In this document: positions 19,040 through 27,114 of the stretch, one piece after another
Layout: each line of letters starts with the position of its first letter
Position numbering within the stretch: position 1 is the first letter of the stretch
From: a virus
Length of the DNA: 64,000 nt
IMG/VR virus record: IMGVR_UViG_3300032236_000971
Span: 32,001-96,000 of that record
Reading direction: 5' to 3' (one strand)
The notes under the pieces: generated by a model
Seen by the model: only the letters and a program-made list of their open reading frames with translations
Databases searched by the model: none
What the model was told of the DNA's origin: nothing
Made by a program: the position numbers and the translations under genes

Positions 19040-19764
19040 AGTCATACAAAACAGTATTCATATCAGATTTACATCTGGGTACAAAAATGAGTCAAGCAAA
19101 TAAGCTGCTTGATTTTATGAAAACATTCGAATGTGAAAAGATATATCTAGTAGGCGATATTGTTGATTGTTGGGCTATGTCAAGAAAAATGATATGGTCT
19201 CAATTTCATAATGACGTAATTCAAAAGCTACTCCGTAGAGCTAGAAAAGGTACTGAAATTGTTTATATTCCCGGAAATCACGATGACGTTATGCGCAACT
19301 ATTGTGATAACGAATTTGGTCATATTATCATGGTTAGGGAAGCCGTACATGTGGGAGTCGATGGCAGGATATATCTTGTTACTCATGGTGATCAGTTTGA
19401 TGTTGTAATTCGTAATGCCGAATGGCTTGCTCACCTTGGCGGCTGGGCATATGACCTTAGTATAAACATGAGTCGTTTCATCAATAAAATTAGGACCGTG
19501 TTTGGTTTAAAATACTGGTCATTGTCAGCTTATCTAAAGAACACAGTAAAAGAATCTGTAAACTTTATCGGTAATTATGAAGAAACACTATCGAAGTATG
19601 TGAAAGGTAAGAAGCTAGATGGAATTATATGCGGTCATATTCATCATGCTAACATTCGTGATATTGGCGGTATTAGATATATGAACTGCGGCGATTGGGT
19701 AGAGTCATGTACCGCCTTAGTAGAAAACCATGACGGTACATTTGAAATAGTTAAGTGGGTATAA
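19036..19764 (+). CDS. PlcP/LpxH2-like metallophosphoesterase
   Basis: SDLHLG, GDIVD, GNHD, HGD, GHIH and NCGDWVESCTAL motifs. Confidence 0.85.
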   Translation: MKSYKTVFISDLHLGTKMSQANKLLDFMKTFECEKIYLVGDIVDCWAMSRKMIWSQFHNDVIQKLLRRARKGTEIVYIPGNHDDVMRNYCDNEFGHIIMVREAVHVGVDGRIYLVTHGDQFDVVIRNAEWLAHLGGWAYDLSINMSRFINKIRTVFGLKYWSLSAYLKNTVKESVNFIGNYEETLSKYVKGKKLDGIICGHIHHANIRDIGGIRYMNCGDWVESCTALVENHDGTFEIVKWV

Positions 19765-20118
19765 TTACTTGTGTTTGCTGGCTAGTTCTTCAGCAGCCTT
19801 AACTTGTTTATCAGCAGCTTCAAGTTCGCGTTGTTGAGCTTTGGCTGCTGTTTCTACGTCATGTAAATGACGCTCTGATTCAATTTCTTTACCACGTAGC
19901 TGTAGTACAATATTAATTTTTTGATTAAGACGGATTAAATCATTGTCAAGCATGCGAATACGATCTATAAGAGCAATAAGTACCGTACTAGCTTCGCTGG
20001 TGACTGGTTTGATTTCTTTGGTTGCCCATGTCCATACATAATAAATCATATACCCCATACCGCCAGCGGCTACAATAGGGAATCCGTATTTGTTAATAAG
20101 TTCTGCTAACCCACCCAT
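19765..20118 (-). CDS. YvrJ-like membrane and coiled-coil protein
   Basis: LINKYGFPIVAA transmembrane helix followed by coiled coil. Confidence 0.65.
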   Translation of the reverse strand: MGGLAELINKYGFPIVAAGGMGYMIYYVWTWATKEIKPVTSEASTVLIALIDRIRMLDNDLIRLNQKINIVLQLRGKEIESERHLHDVETAAKAQQRELEAADKQVKAAEELASKHK

Positions 20119-20399
20119 TAGTCTCTCCTTGCATCATTTTTGCCGTCAGCTCGGGCAATTCTATCAACGTCTGGCTTTACACCAAGCGCATTTGAAACTA
20201 ATGTGTCAATACGAATAACGTCATGATTCATTGTCTTCACACGATTATCAAGAGCAGTAATGATACCAGAAAGACTTTTAACAGAGCTCATAACACCAGC
20301 AAGGATAAACTTCATTGTAAGAAACACGAAATATCCACCAGCACACGCAGCTGCAATAGGGAAACCTACTTCTGCGACTAATTTAAACCATTCATCCAT
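20118..20399 (-). CDS. YvrJ-like membrane and coiled-coil protein (paralogue of neighbour)
   Basis: LVAEVGFPIAAA transmembrane helix; AL.NR...M.HD.IR similar to neighbour. Confidence 0.65.
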   Translation of the reverse strand: MDEWFKLVAEVGFPIAAACAGGYFVFLTMKFILAGVMSSVKSLSGIITALDNRVKTMNHDVIRIDTLVSNALGVKPDVDRIARADGKNDARRD

Positions 20400-20416
20400 A
20401 GTAACACCTTTTTAGT

Positions 20417-20445
20417 TTGACTAATTAGTAAAAATATAGTATATT
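20417..20445 (+). promoter_or_regulatory. Sigma70-like promoter for nrdA
   Basis: TTGACT-N17-TATATT. Confidence 0.6.
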
Positions 20446-20449
20446 TATA
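20442..20449 (-). promoter_or_regulatory. Late promoter for the minus-strand membrane gene pair
   Basis: TATAAATA on the minus strand. Confidence 0.7.
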
Positions 20450-20468
20450 ATCAAGAGGAGAGATAACA

Positions 20469-22760
20469 ATGATGGCAAGTATTAATGTAACAAAGCGTAA
20501 CGGTAGCAGAGAACCTCTTGATCTGAATAAATTTCATAAAGTTGTAGCTTGGGCTTGTGAAGGGTTGAATTCTGTTTCAGAATCTGAAATTGAAATCAAG
20601 TCGCATATTCAGTTTTATGACGGTATCAAGACAACCGACATTCAAGAAACCTTGATCAAGGCGGCTGCTGATTTGATTAGCGAAGATTACCCTGCGTATC
20701 AGTATGTTGCTGGTCGCCTTATCAACTATCATCTAAGAAAGCAAGTTTATGGTGACTATAACATTCCTACTCTCGTTGCTCATATTGATCGTGTTATTGA
20801 TGCAGGATATTACGACAAGGATATTAAAGAATGGTATTCTGTTGACGATATGGTTATTCTTAATTCTTATATTGATCACAAGCGAGACTTTTCAATCGCT
20901 TATGTTGGTATGGAGCAGTTTCGCGGCAAATATCTAATTAAGAACAGAGCTACTGGTAAAATCTACGAAACACCTCAGTTTGCGTACATGCTTATAGCGA
21001 TGGTTCTCTTCCGCAATTATCCAAAAGAAACAAGACTAAAATGGGTAAAGGACTTATATGACGCAACTTCTACTTTTGAAATTTCGCTGCCGACTCCTAT
21101 TATGGCAGGTCTCCGCTCGCCTCAGAAGCAATTCTCTTCGTGCGTCCTTATCGAAACAGATGACAGCCTTGATTCAATTAATGCTACAGCTTCCGCAATC
21201 GTTAAGTATGTTTCTCAAAAAGCTGGTATCGGTATTAATGCTGGGCGTATTCGTGCTCTCGGCTCTCCTATTCGCGCTGGCGATACTACACATACTGGTG
21301 TTATTCCTTTCTACAAGCACTTTCAGTCTGCGGTTAAATCGTGCTCACAAGGCGGTGTCAGAGGCGGTGCAGCTACTCTTTACTACCCTATCTGGCATTT
21401 GGAAGTCGAAGATCTACTGGTACTAAAGAATAACAAGGGCACAGAAGATAATCGTATCCGTGGTCTTGACTATGGTGTTCAATTTAATAAGGTGATGTAT
21501 GAACGACTACTTTGCGGAGGTAATATCAGCCTCTTTTCGCCAAATGACGTTCCTGCTCTTTATGATGCTTTCTTTGTGGACGTGGATAAGTTTCGAACTC
21601 TTTACTTGGCAGCAGAAGCAGACCCAACAATCAGAAGAAAGTCAATCCCAGCCGTTGACCTCTTTTCAGCTTTTATGCAAGAGAGAAAAGACACAGGACG
21701 AATTTATCTGCAAAATGTAGATCACGCAAACGACCATGGAGCGTTCATCAAAGAACTAGCTCCTATTCATCAGTCTAATCTTTGCTGTGAGATTGATCTT
21801 CCTACAAAGCCACTAAATGATATTAATGATGAGAATGGAGAAATTTCACTATGCACACTAGCTGCCATCAACTGGGGGAAGATTCGTGAAACTTCTGATT
21901 TCGAGCGTCCTTGCACTCTTGCCGTACGTGCTTTGGATGAGTTACTTGACTATCAAGACTACCCAGTCCTCGCCGCAAAAAACTCCACAATGGCAAGGCG
22001 TCCTCTTGGCGTGGGTATTATTAATTTGGCTTATTGGCTTGCTCGTAATGATCTGAGTTACCAAGATATCGATCACGATGGGTTGAGTAAGCTTCATTCG
22101 TTTGCGGAGGCTTGGTCTTATTATCTTATCAAAGCATCAGTCGATCTAGCGGAGGAAAAAGGTGCGTGCCCGAAAAGTAATGAAACAAAATACAGCCAAG
22201 GTGCGTTCCCCATACACACCTACAAGAGAGAACTGGACGAAATCGTATCGCCTACGTATCGGATGGACTGGGTTTCGTTGGGCAATAAAGTTCAGCTTCA
22301 CGGCATCAGAAACTCAACGCTCATGGCTCTTATGCCATCAGAAACATCAGCACAGATTAGCAACGCAACGAATGGTATTGAACCGCCAAGATCGCTTGTA
22401 TCTGTTAAACAGAGTAAGGATGGAGTCCTTAAGCAAGTTGTACCCGAAGTTCGCAAACTTAAGAAAAAGTATGATCTTCTTTGGGATCAACAATCGCCAG
22501 AAGGATATCTTAAAATATGTGCCGTACTTCAGAAGTTCATCGATCAAGGAATATCCGTTAACACCTCGTACAACCCTAAGTTCTACGAAGATGAAAAGAT
22601 ACCGATGAGTGATATGATTGGGCATCTGTTGATGTTCTATAAGTATGGTGGAAAGCAGCTATACTACTTCAACACCAATGATGGTGCTGGAGAATATGAA
22701 GAAGCACCTTTGGCTGCTGGTGTTGTTGAAGATGAGGATTGCGAGTCATGCAAAATTTAA
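20469..22760 (+). CDS. nrdA: Ribonucleotide reductase class Ia alpha subunit
   Basis: ATP cone (VTKRNG); QFSSC, SNLCCE, LMPSETS, LYY and C-terminal CESC motifs. Confidence 0.97.
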   Translation: MMASINVTKRNGSREPLDLNKFHKVVAWACEGLNSVSESEIEIKSHIQFYDGIKTTDIQETLIKAAADLISEDYPAYQYVAGRLINYHLRKQVYGDYNIPTLVAHIDRVIDAGYYDKDIKEWYSVDDMVILNSYIDHKRDFSIAYVGMEQFRGKYLIKNRATGKIYETPQFAYMLIAMVLFRNYPKETRLKWVKDLYDATSTFEISLPTPIMAGLRSPQKQFSSCVLIETDDSLDSINATASAIVKYVSQKAGIGINAGRIRALGSPIRAGDTTHTGVIPFYKHFQSAVKSCSQGGVRGGAATLYYPIWHLEVEDLLVLKNNKGTEDNRIRGLDYGVQFNKVMYERLLCGGNISLFSPNDVPALYDAFFVDVDKFRTLYLAAEADPTIRRKSIPAVDLFSAFMQERKDTGRIYLQNVDHANDHGAFIKELAPIHQSNLCCEIDLPTKPLNDINDENGEISLCTLAAINWGKIRETSDFERPCTLAVRALDELLDYQDYPVLAAKNSTMARRPLGVGIINLAYWLARNDLSYQDIDHDGLSKLHSFAEAWSYYLIKASVDLAEEKGACPKSNETKYSQGAFPIHTYKRELDEIVSPTYRMDWVSLGNKVQLHGIRNSTLMALMPSETSAQISNATNGIEPPRSLVSVKQSKDGVLKQVVPEVRKLKKKYDLLWDQQSPEGYLKICAVLQKFIDQGISVNTSYNPKFYEDEKIPMSDMIGHLLMFYKYGGKQLYYFNTNDGAGEYEEAPLAAGVVEDEDCESCKI

Positions 22761-22900
22761 TTGAGAAATATGCAATCATTATGGCTCTTGGTAATAATGG
22801 TGGTGAATGGGCTACTCATTATACTGAGGAACAGAAAAATGTTTGGCGCAAACGTGTTGAACAACTTATTGAAGATATCAAGTTAGAGTTGGTTAAATGA
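22748..22900 (+). CDS. Small hypothetical protein (50 aa, not in ORF track)
   Basis: MQNLIEKYAIIMALGNNGGEWATHY...; GAGG RBS; stop overlaps the next ATG. Confidence 0.55.
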   Translation: MQNLIEKYAIIMALGNNGGEWATHYTEEQKNVWRKRVEQLIEDIKLELVK

Positions 22901-23085
22901 AAGCTAAGAAAATGAAGTTGACTTTTGAAGAAATTTTCAGTAAGATAGAAAAATGCGAGTTTGTTATTGTGCATACAAAAGAGGAGATGAAACCTTACCT
23001 CCTCAATGCCAACGATAACACAATTTATACGATGCCAGAAGGATACCTTGAATATGACAAAAGGTTTTACTATCGCAAGTATTGA
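22897..23085 (+). CDS. Hypothetical protein
   Basis: ATGA-coupled ORF. Confidence 0.5.
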   Translation: MKAKKMKLTFEEIFSKIEKCEFVIVHTKEEMKPYLLNANDNTIYTMPEGYLEYDKRFYYRKY

Positions 23086-23269
23086 TGGTCTAGGAATTGG
23101 TAAAAACGATAGAATCTATCACGATATGACAACTATGATAGATTCAAAATACAACGATAAGTATTTTGTTCATAGAGTGATTAGGTTTCTTCGCGATTAT
23201 CCTGAAAGAGCGCCAGACTATATAGATTTCGTGCCAGATTGGGAAACAAGGAATATAGATGACGTATAG
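23054..23269 (+). CDS. Hypothetical protein
   Basis: Fills the gap before nrdB. Confidence 0.5.
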   Translation: MTKGFTIASIDGLGIGKNDRIYHDMTTMIDSKYNDKYFVHRVIRFLRDYPERAPDYIDFVPDWETRNIDDV

Positions 23270-24377
23270 TGTATTCGATTCAAATAACAAGAAAGATGCA
23301 ACACAGGTAAGAGCATTCTTCGATGATGCTCCTACAATCGCACGTTATGATAAGCAGAAGTATGCTTGGATTGAAAAGCTTACAGATAAGCAGCTGGGTT
23401 TCTTCTGGCGACCTGAAGAGGTTGATATCTATAAAGATGCTAAAGATTTTAAGGATTTAACAGTTCATGAACAACACATATTCACATCAAACCTCAAGCG
23501 TCAGATACTCCTTGATTCTGTACAAGGAAGAGCACCAACAGCGGCATTTGGACCTATTTGTTCATTACCTGAACTCGAAACCTGGATCACAACTTGGGCT
23601 TTTTCAGAAACCATACACTCTAGATCATATACACACATCATACGAAACATATATCCCAACCCTTCTAAGATTTTCGACGAAATTACTGACATCCCAGAGA
23701 TCGTAGAATGTGCTGGTGATATCAGTAAGTATTATGATAATCTTATTTGGTGTAATACTAACTACAAGTACTCCGATGAATATGGTACTGGTCTACAGAA
23801 TGATTTGACTAGATATAATCATAAGAAAGCTCTCTGGCTCGCCTTAATGTCTGTTAATGTTCTTGAAGGAGTTAGGTTCTATGTATCTTTTGCATGCTCA
23901 TGGGCATTTGCGGAGGTCAAGAGGATGGAAGGTAATGCGAAAATCATTAAGTTTATCGCTCGTGACGAAAACTTGCATCTCGCTGGAACACAACAGCTAC
24001 TCAAGGCGCTACCGAAAGAAGATGCAGACTTCGCTAGAATTGCAGAAGAAACAAAAGATGGATGCATCAGTCTATTTGTGGGCGCTGTTGAACAAGAAAA
24101 GGCATGGGCAAGTTATCTATTCAGGGACGGGTCGATGGTTGGTCTCAACCAAGTCCTACTCTCAGAATACATCGAGTGGATCGCCAATAAGCGAATGACC
24201 GCTGTTGGATTGCCAACTACATATAAGGGTGGATCTAATCCATTGCCTTGGACGCAAAAGTGGATTTCTGGTGCAGAAGTTCAGGTAGCGCCGCAGGAAA
24301 CTGAAATTACCAGCTATGTTAATGGTGGTGTTAAGAAGGATGTTAATGGTGATACATTTAAGGGGTTCTCGCTATGA
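23259..24377 (+). CDS. nrdB: Ribonucleotide reductase class Ia beta subunit
   Basis: FFWRPEE, ETIHSRSY, EGVRFYVSF, DENLH and QVAPQE motifs. Confidence 0.97.
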   Translation: MTYSVFDSNNKKDATQVRAFFDDAPTIARYDKQKYAWIEKLTDKQLGFFWRPEEVDIYKDAKDFKDLTVHEQHIFTSNLKRQILLDSVQGRAPTAAFGPICSLPELETWITTWAFSETIHSRSYTHIIRNIYPNPSKIFDEITDIPEIVECAGDISKYYDNLIWCNTNYKYSDEYGTGLQNDLTRYNHKKALWLALMSVNVLEGVRFYVSFACSWAFAEVKRMEGNAKIIKFIARDENLHLAGTQQLLKALPKEDADFARIAEETKDGCISLFVGAVEQEKAWASYLFRDGSMVGLNQVLLSEYIEWIANKRMTAVGLPTTYKGGSNPLPWTQKWISGAEVQVAPQETEITSYVNGGVKKDVNGDTFKGFSL

Positions 24378-24661
24378 GTGATGTAAGAAATGATGCAAAA
24401 ATGGCTCTTGCCAGATATGAGTCATCTTATGCTGCGTTCGGTGCAGAAGCTTGCTTTACACTGAAAGGTTTACGTGATGTGCAAAGATACATCGAAAAGC
24501 TGGAGGCGGCGCTGCGGGAGATTGAAGGCAAACTAAACGTCCTGCGCGACAACATAATAGATGATTACGAGCCTAAGTATCCGTACACCATAAGGTACGC
24601 CCAAAACACAGAGAGATGCGCAAAGATCGCCCGCAAAGCACTGGAGGGGAAAGATGACTGA
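24374..24661 (+). CDS. Hypothetical protein
   Basis: ATGA-coupled; IEKLEAALREI...IARKALEGK. Confidence 0.6.
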   Translation: MSDVRNDAKMALARYESSYAAFGAEACFTLKGLRDVQRYIEKLEAALREIEGKLNVLRDNIIDDYEPKYPYTIRYAQNTERCAKIARKALEGKDD

Positions 24662-25019
24662 AGATTACAAACATAAGTATGATGCGCTTATGGAGCGTTG
24701 TGCTAAATTTATGTCAGAGTTTGCGCCACCATCACCTTATGAACTTGGTTTCAAAGCTGGTTGGGAAGCAGCAAAGCAAGAGTTTCATAAAGATAACACT
24801 TACGTTCCTGACACAACCAAGCCAGCAAAAACAATGGATATTCAATGGCCAAGAGATTACCCAAATACAACTAATCCTTGGCCACCACAAACCGTAGTTT
24901 ATCAAGCTTGCGGGGTTTGTGGTATAGGTGGTGATATAAATAAGGCAATGGCGTATGTCTGTAACAACCCACAATGTCCAACAAGAGTGACTTGTACAAC
25001 AACAGGAACAGCAACATGA
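24654..25019 (+). CDS. Hypothetical protein with C-terminal zinc finger
   Basis: CGVC...C..PQCP. Confidence 0.6.
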   Translation: MTEDYKHKYDALMERCAKFMSEFAPPSPYELGFKAGWEAAKQEFHKDNTYVPDTTKPAKTMDIQWPRDYPNTTNPWPPQTVVYQACGVCGIGGDINKAMAYVCNNPQCPTRVTCTTTGTAT

Positions 25020-25174
25020 GCAAAAAGTACGATATAGTTTGTGAAGAGTGCGATGCAAATTTTGATGTAATGTCTGACCTTATTGAGAGGGTTGATTATT
25101 GCCCGTTCTGTGGTGAGTTTATCCCTCTTGAAGAAGATGGATGGGATGACGAAGAGGCTGGTTTCGACGAGTAA
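25016..25174 (+). CDS. Small zinc-ribbon protein
   Basis: CEEC...CPFCG and acidic tail. Confidence 0.7.
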   Translation: MSKKYDIVCEECDANFDVMSDLIERVDYCPFCGEFIPLEEDGWDDEEAGFDE

Positions 25175-25202
25175 TAAATATGGGGAGGAGGACTCCCCAT
25201 GT
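25173..25202 (+). promoter_or_regulatory. Late promoter variant plus RBS-sequestering hairpin
   Basis: AATAAATA followed by ATGGGGAG-GAGGA-CTCCCCAT, which covers the SD and the start codon. Confidence 0.7.
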
Positions 25203-25609
25203 GGTTTTATAATGGTGAATATATTGACAAACCAGGCGATTACGTTGGGTTTGTATACATAATAACAAATCAGCTTACAAACCGAAAATATATCGGTAAA
25301 AAGAACTTTTACTTTTCAAGGTCAAAGCAAGTCAAGGGAAAAAAGAAACGTTTTAAGGTTGAGTCGGATTGGCTTGATTACTACGGTTCGAACAAAGAGC
25401 TACAACAAGACGTAGAAAAACTCGGTAAAGAAAACTTTAAACGGGAAATCGTCAGACTCTGTAAAACAAAAGCTGAGTTCGGCTACTATGAAGCCAAGCT
25501 ACAGTTTGATAATAACGTACTAGAATCAGATGACTGGTACAATACATGGATAATGTGCAGAGTGCATAAAAAACACTTGACTTTCCTCCGAAATGAGCGT
25601 AGTATATAA
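25199..25609 (+). CDS. GIY-YIG endonuclease (EndoII/DenA-like)
   Basis: GFVYII...KYIGKK and W..YYGS motifs; 136 aa. Confidence 0.85.
   Translation: MWFYNGEYIDKPGDYVGFVYIITNQLTNRKYIGKKNFYFSRSKQVKGKKKRFKVESDWLDYYGSNKELQQDVEKLGKENFKREIVRLCKTKAEFGYYEAKLQFDNNVLESDDWYNTWIMCRVHKKHLTFLRNERSI
25577..25605 (+). promoter_or_regulatory. Sigma70-like promoter for tRNA-Leu
   Basis: TTGACT-N17-TAGTAT. Confidence 0.6.
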
Positions 25610-25614
25610 CTATT

Positions 25615-25692
25615 GCCCCAGTAGGCCAACAGGTTAGAGTCAACGGACTTAAAATCCGTACAGTGTCGGTTCGAATCCGACTTGGGGCACCA
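25615..25692 (+). tRNA. tRNA-Leu(TAA) with short variable loop
   Basis: GCCCCAG/TTGGGGC acceptor; ACGGA-CTTAAAA-TCCGT anticodon arm; TTCGAAT T-loop; encoded CCA. Confidence 0.9.
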
Positions 25693-25711
25693 AACAACAA
25701 ATAGGTGAAAT

Positions 25712-26185
25712 ATGTCAAGAGAGTTTAATCTCGATGAAGTTAAAGAATTTATCCGTAGCACTTCAGATTCATCCAATATTTACATTGGAGCCGATTCTGA
25801 GCGGTATCGTGGTCGCGATAACCAGTGGTATGCTGACTACACAGTTGCTGTCGTTATTCATATTGATGGCTCACGTGGATGTAAGGTATTCGGACAAGTC
25901 ACTACTGAGCGCGATTATGACAAAAGGCATGACCGCCCAGCGTATCGCCTAATGAATGAAGTCTATAAAGCATCTCAGATGTACATTGACTTGTTCGAGG
26001 ATATCGGTGATCGTCATTGTGAAGTTCATCTTGACATTAACCCTGACGAAATGCACGGATCTTCTTGCGTTATTCAACAGGCAACTGGCTATATTCGTGG
26101 TATGTGTGGGTTTGCTCCCAAAGTGAAGCCAGAAGCTTTTGCAGCATCATACGCTGCTGATAGACTCAAGGAAATCCTTGCTTAA
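25712..26185 (+). CDS. YkuK-family RNase H-like protein
   Basis: IYIGADS, RL.NEV, EVHLDIN and KP.AFAASYAAD motifs. Confidence 0.85.
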   Translation: MSREFNLDEVKEFIRSTSDSSNIYIGADSERYRGRDNQWYADYTVAVVIHIDGSRGCKVFGQVTTERDYDKRHDRPAYRLMNEVYKASQMYIDLFEDIGDRHCEVHLDINPDEMHGSSCVIQQATGYIRGMCGFAPKVKPEAFAASYAADRLKEILA

Positions 26186-26187
26186 AG

Positions 26188-26391
26188 ATGAAAGAAAATA
26201 CCCTCATCTTAGTTAAAACTATAACGTATAGGGTAACATCTAGCCTAGCAACGTTTATCATTGCTTGGTTAGCTACTGGTTCATATACAACTGGTGGTAT
26301 TGTAGCGATTTCTCGTGGATTGTTTGGTACTGTTTGGTACGCAGTTCACGAGAAAATTTGGTCAGTGATTAAAAAGAATAAGTGCTGGTAG
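26188..26391 (+). CDS. DUF2061-like small membrane protein
   Basis: KTITYR...WYAVHEKIW; stop codon lies inside the tRNA 5' end. Confidence 0.7.
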   Translation: MKENTLILVKTITYRVTSSLATFIIAWLATGSYTTGGIVAISRGLFGTVWYAVHEKIWSVIKKNKCW

Positions 26392-26457
26392 CTTAGTGGC
26401 CAAAGCCGACCGCTCATAACGGTCCTATCGGGGGTTCGAGTCCCTCCCGGCACACCA
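26382..26457 (+). tRNA. tRNA with CAT anticodon (Ile2-like or elongator Met)
   Basis: GTGCTGG/CCGGCAC acceptor; GACCG-CTCATAA-CGGTC anticodon arm; encoded CCA; no initiator features. Confidence 0.9.
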
Positions 26458-26473
26458 CTTTCTGAGGTGTATA

Positions 26474-26680
26474 ATGGAAGATATCGAAAAACATTTTGAT
26501 AGAATGGAAGAGTTGTTTCAACCAATTGAACAACAAATATTAATGACTGACGATAAGAATGACCTTTTACTTCTATCAACAATTATGTTAACGACTGCTA
26601 AGAGAATATTTGAAGAACAATATGGTGAACAAGTTGGTCATATATTGATTGACAGAATCCTAAACACAAGGAGTACATAA
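26474..26680 (+). CDS. Hypothetical protein
   Basis: GAGGT RBS. Confidence 0.65.
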   Translation: MEDIEKHFDRMEELFQPIEQQILMTDDKNDLLLLSTIMLTTAKRIFEEQYGEQVGHILIDRILNTRST

Positions 26681-26769
26681 TGGCACATCCGCATAAGAAT
26701 CGCCCTCGTAAGGGTCGTCGTAAGCTTGGTTCTAAGAAGCGTAAGCAGAGAAATAAGCGTAAGAAGTGA
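26680..26769 (+). CDS. 29-aa Arg/Lys-rich peptide (not in ORF track)
   Basis: AAGGAG RBS; MAHPHKNRPRKGRRKLGSKKRKQRNKRKK; coupled at both ends. Confidence 0.65.
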   Translation: MAHPHKNRPRKGRRKLGSKKRKQRNKRKK

Positions 26770-27113
26770 GACTACTAGTAACCTTGTTTGCCCTGATACT
26801 TTCCACCAGTGCTATTGCTGATGATAAGTATCAGGGCAAAGCGTCTTGGTACAAAGGCGGAAAGAAAACAGCTCAGGGTAAAAAATTCGATCCAACTAAA
26901 TATTCAGTAGCACATCGTACTCTTCCTTTCGGTACGATGTTAAGATTAACGAATGTAAAAAACGGTAACACAATCGAAGCCGTTGTAAACGATAGAGGAC
27001 CATTCGTTAGAACAAGAGAACTCGATGTTTCGAGTAGTGCAGCGCAAGCATTAGGTTTTTTTCATAGCGGCACAGCGAAACTAGTAATCGAAGTTCTTGA
27101 CGGGAGAAAATAA
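26766..27113 (+). CDS. rlpA: RlpA-like lytic transglycosylase (DPBB fold)
   Basis: Signal peptide; G.ASWY, AHRTLPFGT, VNDRGPF and D.S..AA..LG motifs. Confidence 0.9.
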   Translation: MRLLVTLFALILSTSAIADDKYQGKASWYKGGKKTAQGKKFDPTKYSVAHRTLPFGTMLRLTNVKNGNTIEAVVNDRGPFVRTRELDVSSSAAQALGFFHSGTAKLVIEVLDGRK

Positions 27114-27114
27114 A

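Noticed and set aside
13071-19764. Bacterial contig contamination explaining the curli/cyclase genes
   Set aside because: The block has phage-like AT-rich codons, a T4 late promoter overlapping the thyX stop, and seamless junctions with phage genes.
20469-24377. Group I introns or inteins in nrdA/nrdB (and thyX)
   Set aside because: Reading frames are continuous and of normal length; the ORFs between nrdA and nrdB lack homing-endonuclease motifs.
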